A DNA stretch of 33,031 bases. Source: Octopus bimaculoides. Lineage: Eukaryota. The notes below the pieces were generated by a model. The model was given only the letters and a program-made list of their open reading frames with translations. It was not told the origin of the DNA and ran no database searches. Shown piece after piece: positions 10,321-23,214 of this stretch (positions are counted from its first letter, which is position 1; every line of letters begins with the position of its first letter). The translations under genes were made by a program, and so were the position numbers. Location of the stretch: NCBI RefSeq assembly GCF_001194135.2, contig NC_068982.1:77599262-77632292 (forward strand), given 5' to 3'.

Positions 10321-11829
10321 AGAATTCATATGCTAGTGGCAATGAAGAGCATGAAATCTTCGATGCAAGTAAATTACACAAGTGGACATTTGTTTGGTAC
10401 TAGCATGTAGGTTATTTTGACTGTGTATTTTTATACATGAATGCCATATTTACCACTTACTGTTCATATTATAATTGGCTGTGATACCTGTATTCAGCTA
10501 AGCAAACTGAGGCAAGTAATAAAATATATTTTGTCAAGGCAAACCATAACAGTTGAAATGCAATGTTCAGTATTAATTTATTGCAATAGTCTTGTATCTC
10601 AACCATGTGCTTCTTGTAAGCATATATTGTCAATATTGCTTATTATTCTTTAGTCTTGATGCTAAAGTTATCACTTCCCACCAATGTCATATTTAAAATA
10701 TAACCATTACTATCATTATCATCAATTTAATCTGTTGGACTGCTTTCTTTCCAAACTTGCACAACTTCTATCTAGTTATTTATTACATACTTCCCTGATT
10801 TAATCATTCTTTGACTGCATTTTTGCTTGGTCTAACTGTTAAGAGACTGTATCATAACTTATGGTGGAATTTTGGGCAAAAATCATGATACTGTTATGCT
10901 TCTGCAACTGGGGATACCTTGTGGCTGAATAATCATGAAAACTTTTGGAAATGTATTTGTCTGGCAAGTGATTTGATCTTAGAATGTGTATTGAAACTAA
11001 AACCGCTACAGCAAGGAAAATACATTTCAACCATTCAAAAACACATAAAATAAATACTTATTATTTGGTATCAACATTTTCATCACACTAACTTCAATCT
11101 GGTCACAGACAGTTTCATTGCAACTGGTTTGGAACAAGGCTGTTGGTTAGTATATCTAGGCTTCAGGGATTATAAATATGATTCTTTCTCATCTACATTG
11201 GTCACTAATTTGGTTGTCACTGTCTGGTGCTCATACTTGGTCAGTTAACTTGGCATTTGGATGTAATTTACATACCCTCTCTTCCTTGATAATAATTTGC
11301 AGGTTTACAAGTGAGTATCCCATTCAATTACATTCATCCTCAGATAATATATTCATCCTCAAAGTTAATTGGTTCTATTTTAAGGCCCTATGCATATTGA
11401 GAAATACCTAATTTCAAAAATATAGAAGTTAATGCTATAATATGAATGAAATGAAGTTCATTTTAGAAAGAAAGAACATTATTATTGAAAGACTATAAGA
11501 AATGAAGTGGTTGATTCATAAATATTTGCTAAGAAGAAAGTCAAATATGTATAAGATTTCTGAGTGACATTTCAGCAGAGAAAATTTCCTTTATGCATAT
11601 TTTGACATGAAAATATAAGATTCTTCAAAATACCATTTAGTCAATAATAATTTCATATATAATGAAGTTTCCAATTTATAACAGAAAGTAGACAGATAAT
11701 TGAGATGTTAATGTCATGATATAAAGTATTAACAATATAAGTAAAATTGCTCTGACTGAAATAGAATACTGAATCAAGAAAATCTATTCCAAAAATCATT
11801 CAATAATCCTAAAGTAATCTCTTTGTCCT

Positions 11830-12381
11830 CAAACAAAGCCAAGTTAAGAACTTTGCATCAAATTCCATGCTGGAAGCCTTTAACCATTCTTTGCCAGAAT
11901 CTTCCATTCAACCTAACTGTTGTATTTCTGACTTTAGAATATCATTCAGGGAGGTTTTTGAACTTATAAATGATATTGATCCATCAAAAGCTAATGGCCC
12001 AGATCAAACCCCAGTCATTCGAAAAATCTTTCTTCTGACATCCCCCCAATTCTAGTGATGTTGTTCAAGATTTGTTGCAAAGAGATTTTCTCTGTTCATG
12101 GAAGAAGTCTGTAGTTAACTCAGTTTTCAAAAACTCTGGTGAACATTCCTTCCCATCTCAACATACACCAATTAATCTATGAAGCACCAATAGTTAAGCT
12201 GTTTTAATCTATCAATAACAAGCTCATCATTAGCCAATCTCTTTATTAACAAACAGTATAAAGTCAGATCTACTTCTAACAAATGGTTACTACTCATAGG
12301 TTAAATAAGGCACTGGATAGCAGCTTTGATACTTTTGTTATTGTTTTAAATATCTGCAAATCATTTAACAAGGTATGGCAT
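11830..12381 (+). pseudogene. CR1/Jockey-group LINE reverse transcriptase fragment
   Basis: FASNSML; ISDFRISFREVFELINDIDPSKANGPDQ; WKKSVV..VFKNSGE; I.LNICKSFNKVWH (RT motif corresponding to LDISKAFDKVWH). Multiple frameshifts. Confidence 0.8.
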
Positions 12382-13445
12382 ATCACAGGGATCAAAAGTT
12401 AGAGGCTAACTGCTATCTAATAGAGCATCATAAAAAGAATTGAGAAAGTAACTAATGTGAACTTGTTTGGGGAAATTAATACATAAGTATATCAATGAAA
12501 GAATAATTTGTGTAAAACCTTAGTGCAATGTTATTACTTATTATTTATTAACAAAAACCTCATCCAAATAGCCCTATGAAGAGAAGGGTGAGGCCATAGT
12601 CAATCCTACGACTTAATTGGTCCACTAATATTTGAAAACAATGGTGTTGTTCAGGTTTGTTAAATCTATCAATAAAATACAAGACAAATAAAAACAAAAA
12701 ATAAAAATATTTAAGGAATAAATTGTCTAAGGAGCCTTACCTAATGAATGGGCAATGAATAATATCTACGGTTATGGATATATTATTTTTTTGAATATAT
12801 CTGAGATATATATATCAAATTTATAAGTATATATATCAAACTTACAAGTCTGAATGAGAAAAATAAAGGATGAAGCAATGGATGGAAAAAATAAACAATA
12901 CTGGACTCTATCAGAGGGAGGTAGCCGATTAGTACATTATCATATTAAAATGCAGAGAGAAATTATGTACTAAAGTAAGATTTAGGAAATGTTCTAAGTT
13001 ATACTTTCAAATTTACAAGTAATTGTCTGTAATAGAAAAGCAAAGGTGAAAATGAAAGAATGAAAATGTATTCAGACTTATAGACTACAATTGAAAGGGT
13101 AACTGTGTATTGTGTTCCCATTTTGGGATATAGAAAGATATTTAGATACTTAAAATAAGGTTGAGGCTATTTTCAATTATAGAGAAAGTATATTTGTGAA
13201 GTTATAAAATTGTAAACTTATAAAATTAATTACAATTACAATGAGAGTTATTCTGGCTAAGTTGGAGGTGAAGGGATAGAAATATAGGGTATACTGTCAT
13301 AGGTGTATTTGAATACACCTAGATATACAAATACTAATAGGTATATGGATTAAGACTCATGGGTAAATTTTTTAAAATAAGTGCTTGAAAATAAATGAGT
13401 GCTTAAAATAAATGCTTAGAAATATATGGAAAAACTGGTGTAATC

Positions 13446-13447
<2 letters not shown>

Positions 13448-13490
<43 letters not shown>
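13448..13490. repeat. (TA)n microsatellite; others at about 385-495, 706-745, 2113-2151 (TC), 17291-17403 and 27704-27735 (TG)
   Basis: Read directly from the sequence. Confidence 0.95.
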
Positions 13491-13491
<1 letters not shown>

Positions 13492-13692
13492 TAGTAAGAT
13501 GTATATTTATTTATAAAGAAAATAATATATAAGGTTATAGAGAATGTTGTGTTACACATAAATTAGTAAAGGATAGCAATCAATATATAGTGGAAATTAC
13601 TCCTGCAAGTGACCTTGGAATTAATGTTTTTACTATTCCTTACTATTTCTATTATTTTATTTTATTATTTTACCTTACCTCCTCACATATTG

Positions 13693-14021
13693 GGGCTCAG
13701 TCACTGTCCAACCCCTGTCCAATGTTTGTTCAACCTTTGTAAAATCCATGTATATTATTGGCATGATGTGGAAAACTTGGCAGATTGGGCAGCCACATAG
13801 TAGAAACAGCTATAAAAGCTTAGTAGTTTTTCACTCATTTATTCTTATTCATTTGTTTATTTTTATTTATCTATTTATTTACTTGTTTATTTGCTTATTT
13901 CATGTTTATTTTGATTACTTATACATATGACTGTAATCAATTAATAAACAGATATAAATGAATGTCTACAGGCTGATGTTTGTTGATTGATTATCCTCTT
14001 CATTTTCTTATTTGCCTTATA
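13693..14021 (+). repeat. Dispersed repeat: blocks A (13693-13781) and B (13936-14021)
   Basis: Block A matches 30581-30670 and block B matches 30264-30349, both in the same orientation. Confidence 0.85.
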
Positions 14022-14236
14022 TATATATATATATATACCTATAAGTTGGTAGGTAGGTAGGGTAACTCTCAGCTGTTTCCTCTTGAAGTACATCTCCTTA
14101 TTCCATTATTTTATTCAATATGTATCCATGTAGATTGTTACATGTAGATTGAAACACTCATTAAAAATGAGAATGGTGGAAATGTTATTTGCAAAGTTGC
14201 TGAATAAGAAAACAGGAAAATGGAAATATACACACA

Positions 14237-14416
14237 GGCTAGATTATGTTGGATGAATGAGTGAGGAGTGCTCAATACAATTAGTATAGGATGTGCTTTC
14301 TTTTATTGAAACTGAGAGTTAGGCTTTCAATTCAAGCTTCAAGCTATTGTAATCGTTGTTCTCACCTGAAGATTGCAGTGGCATGAAACTCAAATCATGA
14401 GATAAACTCTCAGTTT
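14237..14416 (+). repeat. Short repeat carrying a degenerate hammerhead motif (14360-14402)
   Basis: TCTCAC-CTGAAGA-T-TGC-agtg-GCA-T-GAAA-CTCAA-ATC-ATGAGA, enclosed by a 12-bp inverted repeat (14309-14320 / 14405-14416). Its 5' part recurs at about 17135-17173, with GAGGAGTGCTCAATACA identical. Confidence 0.55.
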
Positions 14417-16039
14417 TAAACACACACACACACACACATATCAGTTAAAAAGACTCATTAGGAATGTACATGCATGCATGTGCACACACACATTAAAACC
14501 AATAAAACACTATATAGATAGTTAAATAAATAGATCTTATGCCATATGTTTCTGTTATCCATAAAGAACAATTTTCTGTAATGGTTCTTTTGATTGTACA
14601 CAGCCAATCCTTATTGATTTTGAAGCCTTAGCCTATTCCATCTTTTCTCCTAACATAACTGCTCACAACCATAAATACAAGCCATCTATAATAGAATCTC
14701 ATCTAAATTGCTTGACTGTAATTTTTGATACTCTGCCAAATTGTGTACATTACCATTTTAGCAGAATTGTTTTGATTCAATTTGAAAAATATTCATCTAC
14801 TATTTCTCAGCTTTGAATGAATTGACCAAGTTTCTTTAATCCAGTTAAATAGTAGTTGCATCTAATAAATAATTTGAACAGTTTTTTCTCAAGCAAGCTA
14901 CTGTGTTCATTTCTTCTGTTTTTTAAAAAAATGAAAACTATTTACATAGCAAATTAATGTATGTTTTAATCTAATGAATATAAGTGCTCTCAAAAAGAAA
15001 ATTCCTAATAAAAACAATTTTGTTTCTTCCTTGACTGGGATGAATGTATAATAATACTCACTCATTAAGAGATTTTAATTTTTTTTATTTTTGGCAAGGC
15101 ATATATTATCTGCTGAAAGTAGACAGTAAGAACTTCCATTTTAGATTAGGTAATTTAGATTACAATGGATATCTAGTAATAAAACATTTTATAGTATGGC
15201 AATGAAACAGGAATTTTAAAGGCAGCAATTAGAAAGAACTGGGATAAACATAATCTGTTGTCTGTGTAATAGAAATTTAGGATAAAAATTGAGTAATAGC
15301 TGAGAAAAAAATAGCCTGTAGTTATTATAGACATTGCTTAATGAATTCAATATTAATGATCTAACAGCATCAGTAAGAAAATGTGCTATTTTGTGAGAAA
15401 AATGTTATAAACTAATATAGCTGAAGTATAGAAAGAACTATGTACCCATAAAACATTAAACTTTATAGTTAACTGAAGCAAGATATAAGAAATTTGTAAA
15501 ATTAGGCAGTCAGAAGACTCATCAAATTTATTCATCCTAGCACAGAAAATTAGATATAAAACAGAAGATACAGTGAGGAAGATGATTTTACAGTGTTGAG
15601 AATGTTGTTCCTGATGCCTAAATATTGTTGTTTTCCCAGGGTTGGGTCATGACAACCCAATGGTAAATGATGACAATAATCTTTTTACCTAAAAAGAACT
15701 TCTAAGTTCTTTTTCTTACAACATTCAGCAAGTGAAGGGTTAAAATCAATGTGTGAAAAAAATCCAATGGCTCATAGAAAATCCAAAATGGTCACATACA
15801 CGTACAATGCCCATATACAATCATCAACTAACTACACATATCCATAAAAATGCATCAGTACACAGTTACATTGAAAACTAGTTTCTTTGAATAATTATAG
15901 TTAGCAGCTGTTATTAACAGGTGAAAGTAGGTGAGAAGGAAATGATTAAGTAATAGAAAAATGTGGTAGATAAGAAAATTATCATTATTTGAATCTTTAG
16001 ATACCTTAACCCATATTAAGGGTGTGGGGGGTCTCAACA

Positions 16040-16460
16040 TGGAGAGAGTAATTTAGGTGTCTAGCATACAACTCCCTTCTTGGTAGAATGAACAGCTATC
16101 ACTGACTCTCACTCACCCACTAAATCTCTCATGTACTGGCTTCAAGTGCCATACTCCAGGACTTTGCCTCAGCTAGTGGGCTAAAATGCATGAGTGGGTG
16201 GTGTTCTCACACCTAGTGGTGAGCAGAGGAGCTCTGCAACAGCCAATAACACGGATGGAGAAATCTCAAGAAGACCAATGACCCTATACTTTGTGGATCA
16301 CTTACAGTCTCTTTCCGAAATGTAAGAAGTTGAGCTTCTGGTTAGCACTCTGACCCATGAAAAACTTCAAGTCATAAAAACAGTTCAAAGTGAAAAAGCA
16401 TTGTAGATCCTGCTGGAATACTTTGGCTAACTCATACATCATCAGACACAGGAGCACCTA
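16040..16460 (+). mobile_element. Possible LINE 5' region with eroded start of an AP-endonuclease domain
   Basis: GC-richer block. SLTVSFRNVRS at about 16298-16330 resembles the L-x-I-x-F-x-N-I-R-G start of APE domains. Weak. Confidence 0.35.
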
Positions 16461-16914
16461 AGTTTTAGATATGTAAAATAAATGCAAATTAAAACAAATT
16501 ATTAATCTTTAAATTTAAAAAAATTAATTTCAAAGGAAAGCAATACTAAAATAATTATTAATTGAAATGGAGAAAACATAGTCAAACATAATCAATTTAC
16601 TACAATATCAGAAAGAAGTCCAATGAAAAGATTTGGTTTCTGATTAAATTATGCTTCTTTGTTTGCTCATTCATTTTATGTTTTTACAGGGTAGCATGGG
16701 TTAAACAAACATATATTACTGAAGTATTGTTTTCAGCTGGATGTGTTTCCTTTCACTAACCCTCACCTTCTGCAAGCCTTCAAAAGTAAAAGAGCTTCTG
16801 GAGGATTTGTTGATAGGAAAATGACAACAGAAATTATCAATCACAGCTTATGTGATCACAAAATTTCAACATTCTCACAAACACATCCACACACACACGT
16901 GTGTGTGTGTGTGC

Positions 16915-17090
16915 TGCCAGTGTGGTGCTATGTAAAACCACCCAACCCACTCTGAAAAGTGGCTGGTGTTAGCAAAGGCATCCAGCTGTAAAAACCATGC
17001 CAAAACATAGAGTGGAGCTTGGGTGCAGTCCTCTGGCTCGCCAGTTCCTGTTAAACTGTTCAACCCATGCCAGAAAAATGATGATGATGA
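16915..17090 (+). mobile_element. SINE 3' portion, same family as 2634-2959
   Basis: GTGGCTGGTGTTAGCAAAGGCATCCAGCTGTAAAAACC...CAACCCATGCCAG...(ATG)n. Confidence 0.75.
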
Positions 17091-17174
17091 TACATACACA
17101 TGCATAAATATATATATATGTATGTACATATATTGGCTTATGTCAGATGTATGAGAGAGGAGTGCTCAATACAC

Positions 17175-17287
17175 ATTATTACCCTGGGCCAACCAATAAT
17201 AATAGACACCTGCCCAAGTTACTGCAGAAAGGAATTGAACCTAGAACTATATGGTTGCAAAGCAAGCTTTTTAACCACACAATCATG

Positions 17288-17292
<5 letters not shown>
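17175..17292 (-). mobile_element. tRNA-derived SINE head/body
   Basis: Plus strand GACACCTGCCCAAG...GGAATTGAACC...GCAAGCTTTTTAACCACAC...ATGCCTAT is the reverse complement of the SINE head. Confidence 0.65.
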
Positions 17293-17334
<42 letters not shown>

Positions 17335-19579
17335 NNNNNNNNNNNNNNNNNNNTATGTATATATATATATATATATGTGTGTGTGTATATATATATATAT
17401 ATAGTTTAACATAATTGAATTGCTTATTTAGGTTGTCTTTTTAAATGTTTATGCAACAATGCGGTGTGATAAGAACTAATTTAGATCAAAGAGAAGATTT
17501 ACTCAATGAATTTATTGTTGGTAAAAATCTAGCGGTAATTTTGAAATAAAATCTATACAAGTTTGTTATATCATTCTAATTAACATTCCACTTCTTTCTA
17601 ACATTAAAAAATATTTTAACAGCTCTTTCATTAAAAAAAAAATGACATTTATTCTAATTCACAACTACTTAAACAACTGCTTGAATGCACTTGAACTCAA
17701 ATTATTTCTAAGAAGATTTAATTTTCTAATTATTTTTAATTCAATTAATTTGAAGTATCATTTAAGACATAGGATATGTGATAAGTTGCTACTATTCTGT
17801 CTCACTTTAAATTCCTATTTTTGTGCAAGTCATGTAGAAAATAGCAATGATTTATATTGCATACTTCTGTTTCAAAAGTCTGCAAAACAATTAAGTACTA
17901 TTATATTTTATAAACCTATTTTAAGTTTAGCCAGCCATCTTGGATTTAGTTGGACACACAGCAACTATAATTGACAGCTTAGAACACGAGCAGATTATAG
18001 CTGAATACAGCATTCACAGTCAACGTTACTTTGCATAGAATACAAAGCTTCCTGTCCAACATTAAATTAATGAAGAGATGATAATGTTCACATTGTAAGC
18101 TATAATATCCAATTTCTGATTACATTGCTTCCAGTTAATTACATTGAACGAATTTCTATCCAGAAGTCATTAAATTACCAATATTTCTCAAGAATTTCAT
18201 ATTTTTCAATCTGCACTCTATGTGAAATGGTGTGGGTAGGGTAGGATTGATGCAGTTATATATTTCTGGTTTCAATTCTAGGAATGATTTTAGAGACTAT
18301 ACTAATGATCAGAGGAAATGTATAAATGGCAACATTTTATCTCTTTTCCTCCATATGGAAAAAGAAAAGTAATAAATTCTAATTTGATTTTATGATTAAT
18401 TAAGGAATAATTGGTCAGGAGTAACTATTTTTTTTGAGCTGAAGAAATGTATTTTATCTCTCTCTGAAATTACCATTTTTGGTACTCCAGTGTATACAAT
18501 TCTTACTGGTTCTTAAACTTCTCTGACATCAACTCTGCTGGCATAGAGACTGATCTGTTTACCATTCTGAACTGACTGCACACATTTGGTAAACAAAACA
18601 GTAACTGAGTTACAAAAATGCTGCTATGGCAGTATCATCAACATCATTGTTGTTGCCATTGTAACAAAAATTGTGGTTTTTAAGAAATAACACAAATAAA
18701 TAGAAATCTAAAACTGAATTGCTTCTTAAAATTCATATTTAGTTTAAAAGGAATTTTTCTCCAGGTTTCAAAGCAGTAATACTTTTGGTTTGTTTGAAGC
18801 AAGATTGCAGTATCAAATGTATCATGTCGAAATAATAATGAAATTTCTAAGAGTTATCGGTTGAATTAACTAAAATTGATATATAAATCATCAAACATCT
18901 TTGTTTCATATCAATATTAAGAAACTTTACTTTATGTCTTTGTTTCCTAAATTCTGCTTTATCTTTCACCCAAATAAGAGGCAGTAGCTTTGTCCCTAAC
19001 CAAAAAGAACTACTATATAGTAGAATGCTAAACAAGTTTTGTCCTCTTGACATTTGGAGTTAAAATTATGTTAGGATTGACTGCATCTCAGTAACATACC
19101 ACTGTTGATATTTAATAGTTGTTGATATTGAACAATAAAATGCACCATTAATATACTGTTGCTGGTATTTAATTACAATCTCTTTCCTCCTCTCAATTTT
19201 CAATATTTTAAGAAATTTCTGTTGATAATGTTTGAGCACAATGGAGTTGCAGTGCAATTAAATACAAATGGCAAGGAATGAGAATATAGCAGTAGTGGTG
19301 GTAGATATGGTGTGGAGCAGTCAGTCAGATTATTGTAGCTGAATGTACAGAGGTTTCTGTTAGTAAGAACTTTAGAAACTTATACATACATGCATGCATA
19401 AACACACACACACATATACACACGGTGGTTGTCAACTTGAACATAACCACATTCATATTACCTGTATCAGACATGCTGACTTCTCTGACATGGGCTCTTG
19501 AGTGAGTATCCTCTCCAAATTAAAGGGAACTGAATTTTTTTTATGTAGAGGAGGGGCCCAGTAGATAGTGTTGGCTTTC

Positions 19580-19912
19580 TGGACATTGGATGGATGTTTC
19601 ATCTGAACCTCTCTCTCATAACTCCTAGTGTTAACATAATACAGTGAGTCAAGATATTTTAATTACCAGCTTGACTATTTTTTCTCATAAAGAAGGCTTT
19701 GCTAGGTACCACCCTCTAGTTATTCTTGTAGGATGTCAAACCTACCAGTGTTGTTCATTCCCTGAATCTTCAGTTATCTCTTAGACAACTTAGCTCTGGC
19801 AGCACTGGCTGTATGGTGCTTCCCTGAACAGATCTAACATGATTAAGTCTTTTTCTGAACTGCCACCATACTGCCAAACAGCAGACTATCTTTCTGCTAC
19901 ACACCCATGTTC
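19580..19912 (-). pseudogene. Possible highly eroded RTE-like LINE C-terminal remnant
   Basis: Frame-hopping translation (TWVC; QPVLPELSCLRD.*RFR..TLVG) loosely resembles the post-RT region of RTE LINEs. Not secure. Confidence 0.3.
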
Positions 19913-22194
19913 AATTTTCAATTAATTTTAATTATTTAGAATTTCTCCTCTACCTTTAACTAATGGTTTCTCCATTTCTCTATGGGTGTAATTTTAATGG
20001 GTTAAAAATTCTTAGTTCTTATCATTAAGTATGCTGGCACTAAACCAACTTTTTAACATGTACATAGTCAGTCTGTATTTGCTTTTGAATTCAAGTTATC
20101 TGAATTTACAAATGCATTCTGTTATTTTGTTTGTTTTGATGCCAAGGTGAATTCATTCACGAAATCTTTGCATTTGTAAACATATATAAAAGGTATACTC
20201 TCTCTCTCTCTCTCATACATATATATATATATATATCAACAAGCATTTCTCTATTGCAAAAGAAACCAAGGAGAAGAATAAAAATGATCTCCAAATAACT
20301 GGTATATTTAAAATGTACATTAATAGAATGAACCAAGAAGATCAGGAAATAAGTTTTAGAAGAGAAATCTAAATAAAATAACAAAGTTTTATGTCTTCTT
20401 AGTTGGCTAAAGAAGTAGAAAATATGCTTGGTGTGATAAGAAATAACAATTAAGCAAAACAGGTGGAGAGTGTAATGCAGTTTTAGATGTAGGTGTAGAG
20501 TAAACATGGTGAAAGGAAAAACACTAAAACATTTGGACAGCTGTTCTGTCATCTATATAAATGTACTAAACATTTACTGGAAAAGATTGGCACCATTAAT
20601 TCAAAGAAAGATACTAATAAAACTGTAAATTAAAAAAAAAACAAAAAACTTTCAAGTTATAAAGGCAAATATTGGAACTCAAAGACTTGTTTTACTAAAA
20701 TAAATTACAAAATATTATAAACACAATTTATTAGCATCAAATTACTTGGTTTTGGTTTTGTGAGTGACTTAAAATATGCTGAACAGATGAAAATTCATAC
20801 ATAATATTCCTTGGCATACTTAACAGTAAAAAAAAAAAATAATAACTTGATCATTACTTCAGATAAGTTGGCAGAAGGAAAAATCAGTAGTACATCAGTT
20901 AAAACGCCTGCCAGTGTTTAGATATGTTCCTTTATATTCTGAATTTAAATCCTGTTGATTTAAACGTTGGAATCAATAGTTCAAAACAAAACAATGAATA
21001 AATAAAATGGTGAACTCAATAGAGCTTTTGATAGACTAAATGCTTGAGCTAGTTTTGTTTCCATTTGAAGTGAATTAATATTGCTAATACCCGTGAAAAA
21101 GGCATGAATACTACAGTACCCTATTTTGACACTCATTCTTTTTAAATACAAGACATCTGTACAGATTCAAATATAACATCTAAAAAAATTGCTAATTTAT
21201 AAAGAAATCCTTTAAAATCTTTCAGAAATCAATATTTGTTTACTTAGATTTTAAAAAAATATATATAGCTAATATTATCACCGTCGCTACCACACACCTC
21301 AGTTGTTAAATAAATCTGCTCCATCAAATTATAATTTTAGATGACAATAATTAGATTGCTGAGATAATGGAATTTGTCATAAATCTGCTCAAAAGTACAG
21401 AAAAAAGTTGAATTAATATAGCCTATCTTACATTGAAAATCTTGTCTTGATTCATCATCTTAGTCAACAGAACTAAAGGAACCTTTTAAATATGCATTAA
21501 AATATCATGTGCTATTTTGAGAATGATTCAAAGTAAAGTTATTTCTTTTATCCCTTTATCGAAATGAGAAATTAAGAAGAACAAAATGTCTAAGCTTATT
21601 AAAATTAGTTATTTAAATCAGATTAGGAAAGGGGAATAAATATCTATGATGTGAGTTGATGTACAGAGTAGAGGAAATGCAGACTTGTGGGAGATTCCTT
21701 TTATTCAAACCAACTAGCTGCTTGACTTCACATGGGGATATAAACTAAATTATCACTAACAACAATTTAAAAGCTGAATAGCATCATAAATATTGAACTT
21801 AAAGCGGTGAAACTGATTCATTTTGAAAAACAAATGTAAATAAAATCTAAAACATTTTCTGTCAATCTGAAGTCAGAAATAATCTTGAAGAAAGCAGTAA
21901 TAAGCTGAGAGATTTAAAGAAAGTATCTAAGAAAGTGATAGTATTTACTGCATTACTTCTAAAATTAAGTTCAGTACTTTTATCGTGTGACACAAATGAA
22001 TACACTGTACAGTTCTCTGAAATACACCTTTTCCAGTGACAAATAACACTGGCCAACACAATTTTTCTGCTGGGGCAAGAAACCTTCTTTCTTTGCTAAT
22101 TTTGGGGTGCTGAATCCAAAAATGACCTCCATTTTCTCCCATCATATCAGGTTTGGGCTGTATAAAAAATCCATTAAAAAAAAAAAAATCATAA

Positions 22195-22860
22195 TTTGGA
22201 TCTTTGTGATTTGACGGGCAACACTTTTTTATGTAGTGTTTTTGATACCAAAACTCTTTCAAACTTCGAATACTTGTATATTTTGTGTTATAGAACAGAT
22301 AAAAAATTTTGTATTCTAAGTTATTTCATGTAAAAAATTGTCNNNNNNNNNNNNNNNNNNNNNNNNNNNNNNNNNNNNNNNNNNNNNNNNNNNNNNNNNN
22401 NNNNNNNNNNNNNNNNNNNNNNNNNNNNNNNNNNNNNNNNNNNNNNNNNNNNNNNNNNNNNNNNNNNNNNNNTAGGATTACGGTTAGGGTTATGATTATT
22501 TTTGCCATAACCTTAACTCTAACCCTATAACTCATAACCCTAACCCTAAAACCCTAACCCTAAAATCCGAACCCTAAAACCCTAAACTTTTACTAGGGAA
22601 TGATGATATAATTAAACAGGGAATAACACACTTGACACCGAACAGCACTAACTGTATTCAGCTGAATAGACGTCAGTGATTAGTTGAAATTACAGAAATA
22701 CGACAATTTTATCATGAAATAACTTGCGATGTACAATTTTTTGTTAAGAAGGTTAAGAGAAGAAGTTGTTTTATATGACACATTCTACCAGTGTCCCAAG
22801 TTTGAAAGTGTTTCGTTAAGAAAACAAGTGTTACCCGTCAAATCACAAAGATCCCATAAT
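22195..22860. mobile_element. Foldback/MITE-like palindromic element with telomere-like core
   Basis: Imperfect inverted arms (22195-22342 vs 22702-22860), e.g. GGATCTTTGTGATTTGACGGG / CCCGTCAAATCACAAAGATCC. TTAGGG-like then CCCTAA-like repeats lie around a centre near 22500. Confidence 0.75.
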
Positions 22861-23214
22861 TTTTTACAAAAAATGCTACTGTGTCCTGATATTTCTAAAT
22901 ATTATTTTTAGTTCTTCAAGCTATAACAATGCAAATTAGCATTGAAACAAACACTATAAACATTACTGTTAGGCTGTTTGCTCATTTAATAAAGAAAAAA
23001 ATTAAAAGTAATGCCATTTTTAGCAGATGAACCTGACAATCCCAGGTGGTCCATTACTGTGATACTAAAAGCTGCATAATCAGAAATTTTTAGATGGGAT
23101 TATCACCAGGTGGCCTTCACACAAAACAATAACAAATTCTTTCTTTTGTGGTTTATAAATTTTGTTTGTTGTCACATTGACAGGAGTGTCTAAACATAGG
23201 GAATTCAGAAGATG

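Noticed and set aside
10839-11030. ORF with a hydrophobic start vaguely like DAGL TM2
   Set aside because: Wrong position in exon order (between the TM3 and TM4 exons) and no conserved motif.
22519-22586. CCCTAA repeats as a true telomere or telomere-fusion scar
   Set aside because: Short, degenerate, intronic and enclosed by transposon-like inverted arms; reported only as part of the foldback element.
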